This document shows positions 23,510-27,525 of a stretch of 27,525 nt of DNA, in pieces. Numbering within the stretch: the stretch's first letter is position 1; the number at the start of each line of letters is the position of its first letter. This DNA is from a virus (Duplodnaviria; Heunggongvirae; Uroviricota; Caudoviricetes), in the IMG/VR virus record IMGVR_UViG_2974615235_000001, positions 65,236 to 92,760 of that record; one strand, 5' to 3'. Made by a program: the position numbers and the translations under genes. Below the pieces are notes generated by a model. That model saw only the letters and a program-made list of their open reading frames with translations. It did no database searches and was not told where the DNA came from.

Positions 23510-23851
23510 ATGGCTACTAACCGAGGTGGCAGGCCAAAAGGGTCTAGAAACAAATTAAATGCCTCTGATGAGATTAAGAAAGCTCTCAACAGAGGAACAG
23601 GCTTAGTAGAGCTTAAAGAATTCTTATGGGGTATGATGCAAGACCCTAAAGTATCAGAAATGCAAAAGGCAAAGTTTACACAGATGTATCTGGATGTGAT
23701 GAAGTACATTCACACAGAGAACCTTAAAATAGAGAACCCTAAAGAAGAGGGTACTTCTAAAGAGTCTAAAGAGATTCATAAAGGTGAGAATACAGATAAC
23801 ACTCCTGCAAAGAGTGACAAGGTTGCAAGGTTGTCTTTTGGAAGTAAGTAA
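23510..23851 (+). CDS. Possible terminase small subunit (113 aa; start moved to ATG 23510)
   Basis: N-terminal GGRPKGSRNK motif common in phage small terminases; AAGAGG SD; head of a probable late region. Confidence 0.5.
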   Translation: MATNRGGRPKGSRNKLNASDEIKKALNRGTGLVELKEFLWGMMQDPKVSEMQKAKFTQMYLDVMKYIHTENLKIENPKEEGTSKESKEIHKGENTDNTPAKSDKVARLSFGSK

Positions 23852-23859
23852 TTAAATAG

Positions 23860-23883
23860 AGATTCCTTTTAAGGGGTCTTTTT
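23860..23883 (+). terminator. Probable Rho-independent terminator
   Basis: AGATTCCT/AGGGGTCT stem (two G-U pairs) followed by a T-run. Confidence 0.55.
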
Positions 23884-23925
23884 CAAGAATAATATATTTA
23901 GGGCGCAGTCTGCCCGTTAACTTTT

Positions 23926-26466
23926 ATGGGGGTGGATAGAGTGGCTATTCTTTTTAGAGACACATTTACTGAATCGTCTAACACAAACCTAATAGACCAT
24001 ACGCCAGAGCAGGGTGGGCCGTGGGTTTATGAAGCGGGCGTACCAGATAACGCAGCGATAGTCAGAAGCGAAGACGAGCTTAGGCTGAACGGCTCGATAG
24101 TTGATGGGTTTTATGTGTACGACGGAACTGCAAATGCTGGCGGGTATATAGCCACCACTCCTGCAAGCTCTCTTGTAACACCAGAAAAATATTGCTGTAT
24201 ACGACTTGTCGATAGTAATAATTTTTTTGGAATAGAGTTTAGAGGTACAGGGTCGAGCGGCGTTGGCTTTGTTAAATCTGTCGGCGGGGTGATAACTGAC
24301 CTTTACTCAGAAACACCAGAGGCAGGTGCTGTCTATTACTTAGATGATAATGGTAATAGCTTAGTATTTAAAAAAGACAACGGCGCAACAACAACACTTT
24401 ATACAGAAAACGATTCTGAGTTTTCGACAGAAACTAAAAAGGGTTTTGTTAGTTTGGGGACTGGCAATAGTAACCCGTCAACATACTACGAATCGGGAAC
24501 GCTAGAAGCGCCCACAGGTGTAACGATTAACTCCCTTTCTGATTACAGCGCAAAGCCTCGCGACGCTAATGGGGATGCCACGTTTACAGTTTCGGGTGGG
24601 TGTCCAGACGGAACAAGCGCGATAGAATACAGTTTTGACGAAATAACATGGTTGACACTGGACGCATCGCCGAGCGGGGGTGCTTACAGCGGCACTGTGG
24701 TTGTTAATGGGCAGACTGACATTTTTGTGCGCTCGGCAGATGACAACGCATTAACCGCGAGCGTAGTTGGCATTACTTCAGCTATGCCGATTGTTTTGTG
24801 GGGTCAATCGAATTGTGATGGACGTGGCATAAACAATCAAGCAGTTGCATCAGGCTCAATCGTACCACTGATGTACAAGAGCGGTGCTGTTACTCAAATG
24901 GCAGACCCCACAGGGATTACAGTTGATTCTGCGGGGAGTTTATGGCCTTTGGTTGTTAAATATTTTATTGACCAAGGCATTCCAGTTGTAATGGCTAACG
25001 TGGCGCAGGGTGGCAAGACCGTTGCAGAATTCGAGCCGTCAACCTCTCTCTACTCAAGAATATCTGACTTCGCCGCTAACTTCGGCTCGCCAGAATTGGC
25101 GATAAGTGTAATAGGTGAAGCCGACAGTGGAGGCACTACAAAAGCCGACTTTAAGACGCGATATTTGAATATCGCCCAAACCATGAACACGGATTACGGC
25201 ACAGAGACCTATGCCGTTAAGTTTCCTGTAGGAACAGCGACCAACACGACAACGCAAACAGAAATACGTGAAGCCTACGACGAGTTGATAGATGAAAATG
25301 CATTTATTAAGTTCGGCGGCGACTTGTCTGTCATTGATATTGACAGTGGTATAGGCCACGACAGCTTACACTTAAAAACAGACTCACATTTATCTGAAGG
25401 GGATGTGATAATAAGGTCTGCGTTAGCTGGTATAGTGCCCGATGTGACCAAGCCAGTTATCACACTACTAGGTACTCCATCGGTAGTGATAACAAACGGT
25501 AGTAACTATACGGACGCAGGTGCAACGGCGAGCGATAACATTGACGGAGATATTACCTCCAACATTGTCACTGTAAACCCTGTTAATACGAACGTATCTG
25601 CAACCTACACGGTCACATACAACGTTACAGATTCGGCAGGTAACGCAGCAGACGAGGTAACTAGAACGGTTACAGTTCAAGACGCTGCGTCAGACAACCA
25701 ACCACCAACCTCAAACGCAGGTGCAGACCAAACCAACATCGCAGCAGGCGCAACAGTAACGCTAAACGGCACAGGTTCAACAGATTCAGATGGTACAATT
25801 GTTAGTTACGCGTGGACACAGACAGCGGGTGACATAGTAACGTTAATTAGTGCAACATCGGCTAGCCCTACGTTCACAGCGCCAACGACAGCTAACGCAC
25901 AGACGCTAACATTTGAATTAACTGTTACTGATGATGGTGGATTAACTAGTGCACCTGACTCAGTTGATGTGCAGGTAAATGCCCTTACATTGCCAAGTGT
26001 GTCTATAAGTGCAGTATCTCAGGTCAACACAGGTCAGAGTTTTTCTCCTACAGTGACAGTTTCTGGGTATGACAATCTCTTGTGGGAATGCACTAGTGGA
26101 CAATCCCCTAGTTTCTCTTCTACTACAGCAGAAGCACCTTTCATTACTCTTAATGAAGGGGGCGTACACACTTTCAGACTTACTGCAACTAATATCTCTG
26201 GTAGTGTTAGTGACACCTTCAACATCACAGGAATGGTTCAAGTGGTTGAGTCTGCCTTAAACCTCTCATGGGAAGGTCTTCCTGACGGAACATACACAGT
26301 GTTGTTTATAGACAGAGATAACGATAGTGTACTTTCAAGAAGTGTAACCTCCTCTAATGAAGCAGCTGCAGTGACTTTACCTTTACCAGTTGGAACTAAA
26401 GTAGATTACTATTGGTATAATGAGACCTCTGGAGATGCTGTGTTGAATACAGGAGCCACTGAGTAA
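23926..26466 (+). CDS. Modular SGNH (SASA-type) carbohydrate esterase with DUF5011 Ig-like and PKD-like domains, probably virion-associated (true start may be GTG 23941)
   Basis: GQSN (24802-24813), AQGG, GEAD, DSLH blocks; KPVITLLG..DAGATASD..TYTVTYNVTDSAGN (DUF5011); PTSNAGADQT..VTLNGTGSTD..SYAWTQ..LTFELTVTD (PKD). Confidence 0.8.
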   Translation: MGVDRVAILFRDTFTESSNTNLIDHTPEQGGPWVYEAGVPDNAAIVRSEDELRLNGSIVDGFYVYDGTANAGGYIATTPASSLVTPEKYCCIRLVDSNNFFGIEFRGTGSSGVGFVKSVGGVITDLYSETPEAGAVYYLDDNGNSLVFKKDNGATTTLYTENDSEFSTETKKGFVSLGTGNSNPSTYYESGTLEAPTGVTINSLSDYSAKPRDANGDATFTVSGGCPDGTSAIEYSFDEITWLTLDASPSGGAYSGTVVVNGQTDIFVRSADDNALTASVVGITSAMPIVLWGQSNCDGRGINNQAVASGSIVPLMYKSGAVTQMADPTGITVDSAGSLWPLVVKYFIDQGIPVVMANVAQGGKTVAEFEPSTSLYSRISDFAANFGSPELAISVIGEADSGGTTKADFKTRYLNIAQTMNTDYGTETYAVKFPVGTATNTTTQTEIREAYDELIDENAFIKFGGDLSVIDIDSGIGHDSLHLKTDSHLSEGDVIIRSALAGIVPDVTKPVITLLGTPSVVITNGSNYTDAGATASDNIDGDITSNIVTVNPVNTNVSATYTVTYNVTDSAGNAADEVTRTVTVQDAASDNQPPTSNAGADQTNIAAGATVTLNGTGSTDSDGTIVSYAWTQTAGDIVTLISATSASPTFTAPTTANAQTLTFELTVTDDGGLTSAPDSVDVQVNALTLPSVSISAVSQVNTGQSFSPTVTVSGYDNLLWECTSGQSPSFSSTTAEAPFITLNEGGVHTFRLTATNISGSVSDTFNITGMVQVVESALNLSWEGLPDGTYTVLFIDRDNDSVLSRSVTSSNEAAAVTLPLPVGTKVDYYWYNETSGDAVLNTGATE

Positions 26467-26939
26467 TGCAGTTAGGTGTATTAGGTACATTAGGTGTATA
26501 TGGAGTTGAGGTAATAACGCCTCCTCCTATCACTGATCAAGAACAAGTATTAAGGATTGCCTCTACTCAATTTACTGTAGTTGGTAATGGTCAATACTTC
26601 GGGTATGCCACTAGAGACAACATATCTATTCTTAAATTTAAAGCAGAGAATAATTTTCAAGGAGGTATCAACCTCTCTAATGGTTACTTTGATTTTGAAA
26701 ATAATGGAGTAGATAAAGTTGTCATAGAGGTAGACAACACACCTTACTTTATATCAAGCGAAGATTCCTCTATAACATTCTCTAAAGAGAACCTTATATG
26801 TAGGTTTGGAGACTTAGACATACCACACAACTACACAGGTAAGATTAATGTAATAATCTATGTAGGGAATGACCCTGACGGAATATATATGTCAAGTCAT
26901 TCAGGTAGGTATGTAATGACAGTAAGGTATCAAGCATAG
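26466..26939 (+). CDS. Hypothetical beta-rich protein, possibly structural (157 aa)
   Basis: ORF track; TAATG coupling to the esterase gene. Confidence 0.8.
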   Translation: MQLGVLGTLGVYGVEVITPPPITDQEQVLRIASTQFTVVGNGQYFGYATRDNISILKFKAENNFQGGINLSNGYFDFENNGVDKVVIEVDNTPYFISSEDSSITFSKENLICRFGDLDIPHNYTGKINVIIYVGNDPDGIYMSSHSGRYVMTVRYQA

Positions 26940-26947
26940 GAGAAGAT

Positions 26948-27517
26948 ATGAAAATTAAAAATGAATCTGTATTAGGACTTCCTAAATTCATTAAAGCTTT
27001 CTACCAAGATTGTAAAGCTGGAAAAGCTACAGGTTGGTGGGGAGAGAAATATGGCAGGCGTAGTGAACGTCTTAATGTAGAACACAAAGGTGATAAACTT
27101 GGCAACACATACGATTTAATCAATTATATTAAAGATAACGTAAGTGATATTACTCAAGAAGAAGTAGACGCTTTCGCTAGTAAAGTTAATAGGGCTTACC
27201 CAGTATTGAACTTTCAAAGAGTATTCTACTGGGAAGTATCCTTAGAGGGAACTCCTGTTAAAGAGGAAGAGGTTGTGGAAGAGCCTGTTGAGGAAGAAAC
27301 CCCTGAACAAGAAACTCTTACAGAGGACACCCCTCAAGAAGAACCTCCTAAAGAAGAAAAACCTGAACCAGACTTTGACTTTGCTAAGAAGATTGAAGAC
27401 AAACAAGAGTTGAAAGAATACGCCAAAGGTTTTGGTTTCAAACTTGATAGTCGTAAGTCACTCCCTGATATGATGAAATCTTTCCAAGGCAAATTTCACG
27501 CGACTAAATCTAAGTAG
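26948..27517 (+). CDS. Protein with Glu/Pro-rich linker and C-terminal HeH/Rho-N-like helical domain (189 aa)
   Basis: EEEVVEEPVEEETPEQ...EKPEP linker; KQELKEYAKGFGFKLDSRKS; AGGAG SD. Confidence 0.7.
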   Translation: MKIKNESVLGLPKFIKAFYQDCKAGKATGWWGEKYGRRSERLNVEHKGDKLGNTYDLINYIKDNVSDITQEEVDAFASKVNRAYPVLNFQRVFYWEVSLEGTPVKEEEVVEEPVEEETPEQETLTEDTPQEEPPKEEKPEPDFDFAKKIEDKQELKEYAKGFGFKLDSRKSLPDMMKSFQGKFHATKSK

Positions 27518-27525
27518 GTGTAGGT

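Noticed and set aside
23434-26260. Minus-strand ORFs inside the rightward late block
   Set aside because: Antisense shadows of well-supported + strand genes
27260-27370. GAA-rich repetitive DNA
   Set aside because: Explained by the Glu/Pro-rich linker it encodes

Overview
This is a fragment of a large lytic dsDNA tailed-phage genome, AT-rich and with no tRNA, rRNA, integrase or CRISPR signal seen. The sigma70-type promoters and the bacterial Ig/PKD surface domains suggest a gammaproteobacterial, possibly marine, host (inference). There are four blocks. (1) 1-4130: rightward small ORFs of unknown function, most with their own near-consensus sigma70 promoter, typical of an early/host-takeover cassette. 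(2) 4131-5751: a 1.6-kb ORF-free island between convergent terminators, packed with palindromes and short repeats. It holds five GG-N10-GC (sigma54-like) sites around an NtrC-like 17-bp palindrome and an IHF-consensus palindrome. (3) 5752-20991: a dense leftward array that includes an HslV-like Ntn protease, an HTH protein, a DprA/SLOG-like protein, a Pif1-like helicase, a nucleotidyltransferase-like fusion, an adenine methyltransferase, a metallophosphoesterase, PhoH, a ClpP-like protease and YopX. (4) 21122-27525: a rightward block with a long structured non-coding transcript ahead of a NUMOD4-HNH endonuclease, a second structured leader ahead of a possible small terminase, and an 846-aa SGNH-esterase/Ig/PKD mosaic protein. 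All calls are by-eye motif recognition; no database searches or folding programs were run.
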